From Sedimentisphaerales bacterium (GTDB taxonomy: Bacteria > Planctomycetota > Phycisphaerae > Sedimentisphaerales > SM23-30): a stretch of DNA of 64,000 nt. Positions 10,436 through 19,978 of the stretch are shown here, piece after piece (position 1 is the first letter of the stretch; every line of letters starts with the position of its first letter). The position numbers and the translations under genes are program-made. The stretch is from NCBI GenBank assembly GCA_028281535.1, contig JANQJS010000022.1, positions 127,004 to 191,003 on the forward strand, read 5' to 3'. The notes under the pieces are model-generated. The model worked only from the letters and a program-made list of their open reading frames with translations. It did no database searches and was not told the DNA's origin.

Positions 10436-10975
10436 CTATTTTTCCTGTTGAATAGTTGCTTCCACAGCGGGTTTTGCTGGCGGTCCACCAGGGCCTGGTT
10501 TAAATTTACTTACCAGGAATCCTCCTGTTGCCGCCATCATAATCCCTAAAATAAATTGCCATTTTAAACTTCCAAATCCACCTTGAGGAGGATGTAATGC
10601 TAAAGAAACAACGGCATTCACAACAGGTGCACCGGCAAAAATGATACTCATAACTACTGCAGGACTTCCTTTAGCACCAAATGCTAACAACACACCAAAA
10701 GCACCAATCGCACCGACGATTCCAGCCACTAATGACCAGAACATACCACCCCCTGTAAAACCACTCAGGGTTCCATTTTTCATAAGAATAGCTAATGGAG
10801 CAAGAACAGCTGTAATAAAGTAAGCAATTCCAACAAAGAGAAATGCTTTATAGCGACCATCTGGATCCCCCATCTGGACCTGGCCTTTATGAAGAAAAAT
10901 ACCATAAAGCCCCCATGAGGCTACTGTCAACAGTGCAAATACTAACCATAACGGCATGATTGCTCCTTTTTGCAT
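10436..10975 (-). CDS. Small ~5-TM membrane protein, DMT/EamA-like
   Basis: Five glycine-rich hydrophobic segments, N-terminal 'ASWGLYG' typical of DMT-like proteins. Confidence 0.55.
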   Translation of the reverse strand: MQKGAIMPLWLVFALLTVASWGLYGIFLHKGQVQMGDPDGRYKAFLFVGIAYFITAVLAPLAILMKNGTLSGFTGGGMFWSLVAGIVGAIGAFGVLLAFGAKGSPAVVMSIIFAGAPVVNAVVSLALHPPQGGFGSLKWQFILGIMMAATGGFLVSKFKPGPGGPPAKPAVEATIQQEK

Positions 10976-11005
10976 TAATTAATAATCCTTAATGTTAGTT
11001 CATAA

Positions 11006-11437
11006 TTAAGCAACATCAATTTTATCCAAGATGTCATCAGGGATTTGAGCTGCCTTAAATTGGCCGTCGGCCTTATTATACGTGACATAAACTAATGTCA
11101 GCAAGCCTTTTGCTACATCTTTTTGTTCATCTTCATCATTCAATTTTGTAAAATGATATTCACACGAAATGGATTTTGAACGAATCTCTTTGATTTGCAT
11201 GTGGATTTCAAATTCTTCTTCAAATTTTAATGGAGAAAAATAATCACATTCCGCATGCACTCTGGGCCAACCTGCCGATTGCTTGCCATCATCAACATGT
11301 ACGGACAGTCCAATCGATCGAAAGAATTCATGCTCACAACTTTCCATATATTGGAAAAATTTGGAGAAATGAACAATCCCAGCCATATCTGTATCTGCAA
11401 ATTCTACTCGCCGTTTGACGCGATATTCACAGGCCAT
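11006..11437 (-). CDS. Acyl/aryl-CoA thioesterase, 4HBT/YbgC hot-dog family
   Basis: 'VEFADTDMAGIVHFSKF' catalytic motif, 143 aa. Confidence 0.85.
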   Translation of the reverse strand: MACEYRVKRRVEFADTDMAGIVHFSKFFQYMESCEHEFFRSIGLSVHVDDGKQSAGWPRVHAECDYFSPLKFEEEFEIHMQIKEIRSKSISCEYHFTKLNDEDEQKDVAKGLLTLVYVTYNKADGQFKAAQIPDDILDKIDVA

Positions 11438-11465
11438 AGATTGTCTCCATTTTTATGTAAATTCA

Positions 11466-12737
11466 TTACGGTTGACTTGCAGTATTCGATAACGATTTGC
11501 TGATAGGATAAGGTTCTGGCAACTGGGCAAATTCCCCAATCGCTCCAAACAGCTTATCAAAATCCCGATAAACATCACCAATCAGACAATGGGTAACATC
11601 AGATCGTAAATCAGGGTATTTGTCAAATAATTTACGCCAGTTGAAGGTCTCATCATAAAATGAAAATACCAGATTTCTCATGGCACCAATACCGCGACAA
11701 ATCGTCTCGCCATAAGCTTCAAAGTTTTCGCCACGAACATCCTTTTTCTCCAGTGCCATGTGGGCTGCATCTCCAGCCATTTCGCCCCCTTTCAATGCAA
11801 GAAAGACACCCGACGAAAAAACGGGATCTAAAAAGGCAAAGGCATCCCCAGTCAGTATCAAACCATCTGTAGCACAGTACTTAGAGCGGTAAGAAAAATC
11901 GCCCGTCACTTTAAATTCTTCAATTCTTTCACCAGTGCTTAAATGGTCTTTAATCCATACATTTTTTTCAACTTCTCGTTCGAAAATCGCTTGAAGATCT
12001 CGTTGCTCGTCTGAATAAAGATAATTTCGATCAGCAACAATACCTACACTTATAATATCATTAGGAAGTGGTATGTACCAGAACCATCCCTTTTCAGGAA
12101 CATATGCAACCGTTGTTGCACCTTCATCATACCCTTCATCACGTTTGGCTCCTTTAAAATAGGACCAAATAGCGACTTTATCTAAACGTTTATCACGAAT
12201 TCGCCAGTCTTTCTTACAAGCGGTAAAGCCAGTTCGACCACTGGCATCGATTGTAATAGGTGCATGAAATTCGTATTGTCCGCCATGATTATCCGTCGCT
12301 TTTACGCCAGCGATCGCATCATCCTGATTAACAATAAAATCTTCTGCTGTTATTTTCTCAAATATCTGAGCGCCCTTTTCTTCGCTATGACCCAATAGCA
12401 TTGAATCAAATTCGCTACGAACCACTTGCCAAGTCATTGAAGCTTCATGTTCAAAATGCTTAAAGAAATAAAACGGCGCAGAGACTTTCCCGTTCATACT
12501 AACAAATTGAACAGAATATTTCTTAGTAAAACTGGAGGCTTTCATCTTCTCAATAAAGCCGATACGTTCTAAAGGAAAGTAGCAGAAAGGCAATAATGAT
12601 TCACCGATCGAATAACGAGGAAATGGTTGTTTTTCCAAGACAACAACATCTCTGCCATGATCGGCTAAAACACTTGCGGCCATAGCCCCTGCAGGGCCAC
12701 CACCTATAACAACGACATCACTTTGATAAATTTTCAT
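11466..12737 (-). CDS. FAD-dependent oxidoreductase of the flavin-dependent halogenase family
   Basis: GGGPAG, 'PRYSIGESL', conserved-Lys region 'FTKKY', 'IDASGR', WxWxIP ('WFWYIP'), 'GDAFAFLDPVFSSGV'. Start moved to ATG 12737, which has GAGGTG upstream. Confidence 0.75.
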   Translation of the reverse strand: MKIYQSDVVVIGGGPAGAMAASVLADHGRDVVVLEKQPFPRYSIGESLLPFCYFPLERIGFIEKMKASSFTKKYSVQFVSMNGKVSAPFYFFKHFEHEASMTWQVVRSEFDSMLLGHSEEKGAQIFEKITAEDFIVNQDDAIAGVKATDNHGGQYEFHAPITIDASGRTGFTACKKDWRIRDKRLDKVAIWSYFKGAKRDEGYDEGATTVAYVPEKGWFWYIPLPNDIISVGIVADRNYLYSDEQRDLQAIFEREVEKNVWIKDHLSTGERIEEFKVTGDFSYRSKYCATDGLILTGDAFAFLDPVFSSGVFLALKGGEMAGDAAHMALEKKDVRGENFEAYGETICRGIGAMRNLVFSFYDETFNWRKLFDKYPDLRSDVTHCLIGDVYRDFDKLFGAIGEFAQLPEPYPISKSLSNTASQP

Positions 12738-12745
12738 AGCACACC

Positions 12746-13333
12746 TCAATGTTCATCTTGCAAATTTGGTAAAATTTCGATGATTTGTGCCAACGGTTTA
12801 TTATCCATAGGATCTAATAAAACATTCTGCCTGCCATACAACCAAGAGCCTTCAGGCACTTTCAACAATCCACTTATTTCATGAACTGCTTTGATCCTGA
12901 AAAAGGTTTGTGGCTGACTAACAAATGAAATATTAAATTTCCGGAGAATCGCTCCAAGCGGCACTTTACTATCAAGAATATATGCCTGTGCCTCTTCAGT
13001 AAATTTATCTAAAAATATATGTATCGCACCATACTCCGTAACAACATTTGATTTTTCACCTATCAATAATACGGAACGCGTCAATATTTGGTTTTCTATT
13101 TTTTTGTCAAGTAACTGCAATTTCAATTCATCAGAAAAATACTTTTCTAATGTTGATGTCATATCATTATCATGAACCAATAACCCCGCATAGGGTTCTG
13201 GTACATTCTCTGGAACAAGTGCTTCAATGTCCAAAACATCAAAAAGGTGTTTAAAATCGTTTAAAAATTCTAAAACAGTTTCTTTGTTCATATTGCGGTT
13301 ATGTTTAAATGGTATACTAGGCATATCGTACAT
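12746..13333 (-). CDS. Chorismate-pyruvate lyase (UbiC/DUF98)-like protein
   Basis: 'LLVHDNDMTSTLE', 'TRSVLL', 'VPLGAIL', 'YGRQ', 'IIEIL' match the layout of the chorismate-lyase fold. The real start may be ATG 13291. Confidence 0.6.
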   Translation of the reverse strand: MYDMPSIPFKHNRNMNKETVLEFLNDFKHLFDVLDIEALVPENVPEPYAGLLVHDNDMTSTLEKYFSDELKLQLLDKKIENQILTRSVLLIGEKSNVVTEYGAIHIFLDKFTEEAQAYILDSKVPLGAILRKFNISFVSQPQTFFRIKAVHEISGLLKVPEGSWLYGRQNVLLDPMDNKPLAQIIEILPNLQDEH

Positions 13334-14651
13334 TCTTATGCTCGGGCAGGAAAAACGCAGTTAACAACCGATCAACCTGCAATAATCCCAATCGGCTAAA
13401 TTGTATTTCTCCATCCTGAATCGACAGGTAGCCATCCTGCTGATATTGCTCAAATATCTCACCAAAACGCTGGATCAGGTTTTGGCCAAATTTTTTCTCA
13501 AAGTATTCAACCGCAACATGGCCTAATTTACACTGCAATACAAATTCACGTATAAACCGCTCATCATCGGTTGGGGTCAATGCACGATAGACAGGCAATT
13601 CACCTTTCGTCACTCTGGTTAAATAGGTATCTAAATCATGTTCATTTTGAAAATGTGTGCCATTAACATGTGAAAACGAAGCAACACCCAAAGAAACAAG
13701 ATCTGCACCTTCCCAAAGTCGATCACGATATAAAAATTTCACTTTATCAGGATCTTTAACGACCGTGTAAGCACTATTTACAGCATACCCATTCTCTTGA
13801 AATTTATTAAACGCATAATCAACCCAGTCACGCTTGGTTTGCCAATCAGCAACCGGGGCAATATCCTCATGCTTTTCTTTCATTTCCTTGTAGATAGTTG
13901 TATTGTAGGGAATTTCCATCTGATAGACGGTTAAAGCATCCGGCTGCATTTCTAGTGCTTTATCCACACATTCTTTCCAATTTGTTTCTGTTTCACCCAT
14001 CATACCAGCAATTAGATCGATATTGATATGATCGAAACCTAATTTTCTCGCAAAATCATAGGCTTTAAAAACCTCTTTAGAACGATGCGCCCGGCCATTA
14101 TATTCTAAAATCTCATCTTTAAAATTTTCCACCCCTAAACTTAGTCGAGTTACACCAATTTCTTTTATAACTTCCAGCTTACTTTCTGTTAACGTCCCCG
14201 GCTCACACTCAAAAGCGACTTCTTTAGCTTGATCCCAAGGCAAATATTCTTTCAAGCGATCTGTTAAAGATTTCAACTGGGTTGTTGACAGGAACGAAGG
14301 CGTGCCGCCCCCAAAATAGATAAACTCAGGCCTTCGCCCATTTACAAAAGGTTTATCAGCATACATCTTCATTTCATTAACCACGCCATCAAGTGTGGTA
14401 TTGACTTGCGAAGAATTGACGCCTGTATAAACCCTGAAATAACAAAAATGACAGCGTTTACGACAAAATGGAATATGCACATAGAGTCCCAGTGGCGTCT
14501 GTGGATCACCCTGATGCTCTAAGGCTCGCTGAACATCCACAACGTTATCAGGCGACCAGAAAGAAAAAGGAGGATAATTGGATATAAAATAATTTCCTAC
14601 CTGAGTTTTTTCTTGTACAGCCTGGTTATCTGTCTTTGGTATATCAGACAT
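13317..14651 (-). CDS. HemN-like (class C) radical SAM enzyme
   Basis: 'LYVHIPFCRKRCHFC' CxxxCxxC, 'YFGGGTPS', 'RLSLGV', 'NIDLIAG', HemN-like C-terminal domain. Confidence 0.85.
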   Translation of the reverse strand: MSDIPKTDNQAVQEKTQVGNYFISNYPPFSFWSPDNVVDVQRALEHQGDPQTPLGLYVHIPFCRKRCHFCYFRVYTGVNSSQVNTTLDGVVNEMKMYADKPFVNGRRPEFIYFGGGTPSFLSTTQLKSLTDRLKEYLPWDQAKEVAFECEPGTLTESKLEVIKEIGVTRLSLGVENFKDEILEYNGRAHRSKEVFKAYDFARKLGFDHINIDLIAGMMGETETNWKECVDKALEMQPDALTVYQMEIPYNTTIYKEMKEKHEDIAPVADWQTKRDWVDYAFNKFQENGYAVNSAYTVVKDPDKVKFLYRDRLWEGADLVSLGVASFSHVNGTHFQNEHDLDTYLTRVTKGELPVYRALTPTDDERFIREFVLQCKLGHVAVEYFEKKFGQNLIQRFGEIFEQYQQDGYLSIQDGEIQFSRLGLLQVDRLLTAFFLPEHKNVRYA

Positions 14652-15864
14652 TCGTTTTACTCTTTACACTTTTATTTTCTATTGTTTTTTCGTCACAAAA
14701 AGAAAATGCACTTTTATACATTAATTCAAAATCAATTGTTGAAACGTCTATTGGATTATGTGTTCCGGTCCATTGCTTTGAAGCATCTTCTGCTAATACA
14801 GATACATTATCACGTTTGGCACCATATTCTTCCAGACACCTGGGCAACTCACAGATTTCAAGTATGGTCTCAAAAAAGGTAATTAATTTCTCTAAAGCCT
14901 TATCATCAGAATCTGAAGAGCTTGCCAAACCAGCATAGCGAGTCAACGATGCATACTCTTTCAATAATTGCGAATCTTTCGCATTATACTGAATCACTAA
15001 AGGTAGCATTAACCCTACGGCCTGGCCATGAACAACATCATAATGAGCGGTTAGCGGATTTGCCATAGCATGAGCGGCACCTAGCATACTATTCTCGATC
15101 GCAATTCCGGCATATGCAGCACCCAATTGCATCTTAGCTCTTGCCTCCAAGTTATTGGGGTCTTTTAATACTTTTATAAAATGATTGGCTGTTAAACAAA
15201 AGGACTCTCTGGAAAACATACAAGAAAGGTGATTTCTTGTTTTTGTGACCGCAGCCTCCACAGCATGCGTCATCGCATCGATTCCGGTTGAAATCGTCAC
15301 AAGCCTTGGCTGGGTTAATGTTAATTCAGGTTCCAATATAGCAACTTTTGCCGCAGCTTTCAGATCACCACACGCCATTTTTTGATGTGTTTTTTCATCT
15401 GATATTAATGCATACTTCTGGCATTCACTACCTGTACCCGCAGTCGTTGGAATAGCGACTAAAGGAAGCATTGGCTTAGAGGCTTTACCGACCCCCCAAT
15501 AATCTTGCATTTGACCGCCATTGGTATAAATAAAATTACATCCCTTTGCAGCATCTAAACTGCTGCCACCACCTAAACCAATAATTAAATCGATATTCTC
15601 AGATTGTGCTAATTTTACACATTCATCGACAATACCTGTTGTAGGATTTTCTTTCACTTGATCAAAAATGGCATAGGTCAATCCAGCCGTCTTGAGTAAA
15701 TCGGTCACCCGGTCGACATGGCCTGCCTGAACTACGCCCTGATCTGTAACGATAAGGATATGATTGCCGCCAAGCTCCTTACAAATGTCACCCACCTGAA
15801 GGAGACTTCCTTGCCCAAACAAAAGGCGCGTTTTTGGTTGATAATCTATTTGATCGGGTAGCAT
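14644..15864 (-). CDS. Iron-containing (group III) alcohol dehydrogenase
   Basis: 'GGGSSLDAAKG', 'PTTAGTGSE', 'DAMTHAVE', 'HAMA...HG' metal ligands. Confidence 0.9.
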   Translation of the reverse strand: MLPDQIDYQPKTRLLFGQGSLLQVGDICKELGGNHILIVTDQGVVQAGHVDRVTDLLKTAGLTYAIFDQVKENPTTGIVDECVKLAQSENIDLIIGLGGGSSLDAAKGCNFIYTNGGQMQDYWGVGKASKPMLPLVAIPTTAGTGSECQKYALISDEKTHQKMACGDLKAAAKVAILEPELTLTQPRLVTISTGIDAMTHAVEAAVTKTRNHLSCMFSRESFCLTANHFIKVLKDPNNLEARAKMQLGAAYAGIAIENSMLGAAHAMANPLTAHYDVVHGQAVGLMLPLVIQYNAKDSQLLKEYASLTRYAGLASSSDSDDKALEKLITFFETILEICELPRCLEEYGAKRDNVSVLAEDASKQWTGTHNPIDVSTIDFELMYKSAFSFCDEKTIENKSVKSKTNV

Positions 15865-15889
15865 AGGTTTTCCTTGCGTGGATAAGCCG

Positions 15890-17350
15890 TTATGATTGAC
15901 TGCGTTGAATGGAACGACGTCGATATAAAAATTCGAAAAGATTACCTTCGTGGGGCTGATCCCATTCTACATGATTCGTCGGAACAGGCCCAAGATTCAA
16001 TCGGTCTATATGACTACATGATAGTAAATCACGAATAAATTTTTCATCATGCGTAATCGCACTAACAACGAGAGAGTCACCAATTTTATCAAGTACATCA
16101 GATTGAGGCACCTCGGCCACAGTCACAAATGGAAATAGAAATTCTTTATTAAAAAGCGGATGCTCTACTGAATCACAATAGACGATTGTCGGGAGCATCA
16201 AACTGCGTCCATCAACTTCTACGCGACGCTGGCAATCTCGATAATTTGCTGATAACTCTTGAGCACCTGCCGTTTCTAAACCATCATCAATCATGGCATC
16301 AATGTAATCTGCCATTTTAGGATTTGCAAATGCACTCAATGTCGCATTTGGATCATCTTCACTGGTTGCTTTTATATCGGCAAACTTCTTTGCCACCGCT
16401 TCCGATATTTCCTTAGCATATTTTGGCACAACCACAGCGGATGCATTTATACAGCTGCGCCCCCCATTAGCCACGACACTTTCCACAATAATGTCGATAT
16501 ATTTTTCCCAATTTTCAATTTCATCATCACCGATGATCACCTTGCTCCATCCAGGACCATGGACCTGCACACCAGGATTACCTGCATATTTTTCTACCGT
16601 CGATACATCACCAAAAATTAAGGCACGATCACAAATATCCATGATCGTCCCACTGCCTTCATGACTGGTTGGATAGAAAGAAAAAGCTTCAGGAGGAAAT
16701 CCAGCTTTAATAAATGAATGAATAATTCGCAATGGCGTCCATGGCTCTTCACGACCTGGTTTTAAGATCACAGGCACTTTAAGAACCAATGAAGGCATCC
16801 AAAGAGAATTCACCCCCGGCGAATTACTTGGAAGCACAACACCTAACGCTTGGGTGACAGGAAAGAAACTAACATTGACACCACCTTGCTGTCCATAGCC
16901 ATTATCAATAATACTCAAATCCATCCCACGCGTTAAACCAGCAAGGATCTGCTCCATCTCGGTAAAGACCTGATAGATTTTGGCCATATTACGTTTGATC
17001 AAAGCATAAGGCAAACCACTCGTAGCAGAGAGCGAGTCCATATAATCCTGAGGACCTTGAGGCTTGCCACCTTCAAACATTGACACTTCACCATTCATAA
17101 ATATTTCACCGGCTTCTTTACTCATCTTAAGTAAATCCGCCGATGGAATTTCCTGAAGTACCGAATAAGCCTTATGTATTTTTCGAAAATCGCGTCGAAT
17201 CAATCCCGCATTAGCCTGACTGATTTCTACCAGTTTTTCTTCGCTACCCAAACGGGTAATCTCTGTTTTTTCTAAACTGGTATAGGCCTTCCCTTGTCGT
17301 AAGACTGGGATATGTGGCAGTTCAACCTGTACACTTGAGTCTGACATCAC
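15890..17350 (-). CDS. Aldehyde-dehydrogenase-superfamily reductase, GriD/EhpG/LuxC-like
   Basis: 'VLPSNSPGV', 'ILKPG', 'HGPGWSK', catalytic Cys in 'GGRSCINAS', 'EFLFPF', C-terminal 'PHEGNLFEFLY'. Confidence 0.75.
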   Translation of the reverse strand: MMSDSSVQVELPHIPVLRQGKAYTSLEKTEITRLGSEEKLVEISQANAGLIRRDFRKIHKAYSVLQEIPSADLLKMSKEAGEIFMNGEVSMFEGGKPQGPQDYMDSLSATSGLPYALIKRNMAKIYQVFTEMEQILAGLTRGMDLSIIDNGYGQQGGVNVSFFPVTQALGVVLPSNSPGVNSLWMPSLVLKVPVILKPGREEPWTPLRIIHSFIKAGFPPEAFSFYPTSHEGSGTIMDICDRALIFGDVSTVEKYAGNPGVQVHGPGWSKVIIGDDEIENWEKYIDIIVESVVANGGRSCINASAVVVPKYAKEISEAVAKKFADIKATSEDDPNATLSAFANPKMADYIDAMIDDGLETAGAQELSANYRDCQRRVEVDGRSLMLPTIVYCDSVEHPLFNKEFLFPFVTVAEVPQSDVLDKIGDSLVVSAITHDEKFIRDLLSCSHIDRLNLGPVPTNHVEWDQPHEGNLFEFLYRRRSIQRSQS

Positions 17351-17365
17351 TTTGTTCCTTTACGA

Positions 17366-18454
17366 TTAATAGACACCTTCTACGATTTTCTTTTCGCTCG
17401 CACCAAACGGCCGAACATCTCCCACTCCATCCCAGGGATAAAGCCTACAAGGTTTACGTCTGACAGCCTCATCCCGTTCAAGAAATCGAGGCATAAATAG
17501 TTCTTTTGTTAGTGTTGTTAACTCTACACGTCCTATTTCGCCATATTCAACCACATTCTCGGTATGCTTTGGATCAACCACACGGGTAAATGCCCTTGGC
17601 TGAGGTGGATAATAGGAAATAGAGAAATTATCTTCAGGCTCTAAAGGCTTACTACTGGCAAGTCCCATAAGTGTATTACCATAGATAGGCACAAATGAGA
17701 TTTCATTTTCCAAAAGCTCTTCAATCATAAATCGAACATCCTGAGGCGACATCGATGTGCCGGCACAAAAGACCGCTTTGATATCGGTGTCATCTATAAT
17801 AGAAACACGTTCGCATAATGCTTCGAGTAATTTAGGTGTGGTAAAAAGAGCATCAACTTTACGATGCTTTAAAATCGTTTCCGTTTGGTCAATGACATGC
17901 TCCATATAAGCTTTCGCTTGATCGAACTGTTTGCGTTCAATCAGTTTTTTCACCCAACGAGCATCCATATCAATAAAGTAGCAGCTGCACTTGCGTTGAT
18001 GTGCAAGATACTCGATAGATAAACGCAAACGACGTGGACCTGTTGGCCCCATCATCAGCCAGTAACCACCTGGAGGAAATGCTTTGTCGTCAAGCGTCTT
18101 AGCATAATCATAGTAATCTGTTTCGTAGTCTTCCCAACCGATGCGCTGCTTAGGCATCCCGGTGGTTCCACCTGTTTCAAAAACAGTGAAAGGTTTACCT
18201 TCATAGGCCTTAGGCACCCAACGTTCAGGTTGTTCAAAACGCAACCAATCATCTTGAAAATGATCAAATTTCAAAAGATCACTTGCTGATTGAACATCTT
18301 TGAGTGGATCAAAATTAGCCTTGCTGGCCCAATCCAACCAGAAAGGGGTTCCCGTTTCGGGAGAAAAATGCCACTGGATGATTTCACGAACCCTCGCATC
18401 CAGCGCGTCACTCGCTGCCTGTAAGGCAGTTTCTTCAACTAAATCAGTACTCAT
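17366..18454 (-). CDS. Short adenylate-forming (ANL) enzyme, GriC/EhpF-like
   Basis: 'WHFSPETGTPFWL..FDP', P-loop 'ETGGTTGMPK', 'YGNT', 'ERD'. 362 aa, lacking the usual C-terminal lid length. Confidence 0.7.
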   Translation of the reverse strand: MSTDLVEETALQAASDALDARVREIIQWHFSPETGTPFWLDWASKANFDPLKDVQSASDLLKFDHFQDDWLRFEQPERWVPKAYEGKPFTVFETGGTTGMPKQRIGWEDYETDYYDYAKTLDDKAFPPGGYWLMMGPTGPRRLRLSIEYLAHQRKCSCYFIDMDARWVKKLIERKQFDQAKAYMEHVIDQTETILKHRKVDALFTTPKLLEALCERVSIIDDTDIKAVFCAGTSMSPQDVRFMIEELLENEISFVPIYGNTLMGLASSKPLEPEDNFSISYYPPQPRAFTRVVDPKHTENVVEYGEIGRVELTTLTKELFMPRFLERDEAVRRKPCRLYPWDGVGDVRPFGASEKKIVEGVY

Positions 18455-18472
18455 GATTGTCCTTTACTTTGT

Positions 18473-19978
18473 TTATTTTGATGCTGGAAAAAACTTTTTA
18501 ATAACGTCATCCGGCATTGGTTTAGTCATCAACGAAATCACCACCAATGAAATCGCAGACACGGCGAAAATAAAAGTTACTGGCATCATTTCAGCGACTA
18601 AACCTTCACTTTTGCCATAACCACTTCTTTGAAAAAAGTAAAACCAGGCAATGATCGTTAAAATCACACTGCCTATCGCGCCAGCTGTTGTTACACGCTT
18701 CCAATAAACCGAGGCTAACACCAATGGAAACAAACTGGCAAAACCACTAAAACACCATACACCTAAATCAAATACTTTACGAGGTTCTAAGAGCGACAAT
18801 AAATATGTGATCAATACGATAAAAACGATAAACCCACGACCGATCCACACCTTCTGCTGATCACTAAATTTGTCTTCACCATAGGCATGCAGAACAATAT
18901 CATTTGTGAACATACTACCAATGCAAACGAATTGGGAATCAAGTGAAGACATAATGGCTGCTAATATACCAGCGGTAACTAATCCAACTAAATAGGGATT
19001 TGAAACAAGTTTTTTTACCATAACAGCCAAAACGGCATTGGGAGGAGATTTGATCTCCGCACCAACAGCCCAAATACCAATCAATATGCAGGGCACCCAA
19101 ACAATCATAATAAATATAGGATGGGCAATCACCGTTAATCGAAATGTTTTAGCGCTTTTTGCGGTAAGCCAATGCTGGAACAAGTGAGGAAACATGCCTA
19201 CAGATAATGGAACAAAAAAGTAAGTCAAAAACTCTCGTTTATGAATCATACCTTCACGCATCAAGTGCTTTGGCGACACTTCAGCAACTTTTTGAGACGC
19301 TGCTTCCAACCCACCCAATGCTTTTGCAATTAATACAAAAATAATCACACCTGTCGTCATAAAAACCAACGTCTGAAAGGTATTAGCCCATGCTGCTCCA
19401 CGTACACCACCATAAAAAACATAGTATAGTACAACGGAACAAATGACCAAACCAGTTAACCATTTTGGTACAGCACCCGCTGTGTCGGTGAACGTTTCAG
19501 GAAACATACCTTTGGTAACTCCACCAATGACCGAACCAGCGCCCAGTAATCCAATGAGCAAATAAGGAATTACCAATCCAACAAGAATCGGAAAAAGCAA
19601 ATATCCTAGAAAGTTTGATTGAAATCGATCACGGAAATATTGGATCTGAGTAACATAACCGTAACGCTTACCCATCGCCCAAAGTTTGATTCCTACTAAA
19701 AAGAAAATCGCTGAGTGCACCAACCCAGACGACGAAGCCATCAATCCATAAACACCAATGCCCTTCTGGAATGCTTTTCCGGTACTACCAACCAAAGCGA
19801 AAGCCGTCATTGTCGTACCGAACACGCTCATCAATAATAAAAAGGGGCCAATCGATCGACTGGCGACAAAATAATCCTGGCTGGTGCCTCGAAATAAACG
19901 AGAACTCAAAACACCTAAACCAAGCAACAAGCACATATACCCAATGATTACATAAAGTGGTATATAACTGACTTCCAT
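18473..19978 (-). CDS. Sodium:solute symporter (SSS) family transporter
   Basis: 'DYFVASRSIG', 'GGVRGAAW', 'AAIMSSLDSQ', ~13 TM helices. Confidence 0.9.
   Translation of the reverse strand: MEVSYIPLYVIIGYMCLLLGLGVLSSRLFRGTSQDYFVASRSIGPFLLLMSVFGTTMTAFALVGSTGKAFQKGIGVYGLMASSSGLVHSAIFFLVGIKLWAMGKRYGYVTQIQYFRDRFQSNFLGYLLFPILVGLVIPYLLIGLLGAGSVIGGVTKGMFPETFTDTAGAVPKWLTGLVICSVVLYYVFYGGVRGAAWANTFQTLVFMTTGVIIFVLIAKALGGLEAASQKVAEVSPKHLMREGMIHKREFLTYFFVPLSVGMFPHLFQHWLTAKSAKTFRLTVIAHPIFIMIVWVPCILIGIWAVGAEIKSPPNAVLAVMVKKLVSNPYLVGLVTAGILAAIMSSLDSQFVCIGSMFTNDIVLHAYGEDKFSDQQKVWIGRGFIVFIVLITYLLSLLEPRKVFDLGVWCFSGFASLFPLVLASVYWKRVTTAGAIGSVILTIIAWFYFFQRSGYGKSEGLVAEMMPVTFIFAVSAISLVVISLMTKPMPDDVIKKFFPASK

Noticed and set aside
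13317-14651. Calling the radical SAM gene hemN or hemW
   Set aside because: It lacks the HemN N-terminal motif and sits among aromatic-tailoring genes, so no symbol was assigned.
11466-14651. Ubiquinone or menaquinone biosynthesis locus
   Set aside because: No UbiA/MenA prenyltransferase or UbiD/UbiX decarboxylase in the operon.
15890-18454. luxC/luxE bioluminescence fatty-acid reductase
   Set aside because: No luxA, luxB or luxD in the window. Motifs and neighbours fit the GriC/GriD-type aryl-acid reductase better.
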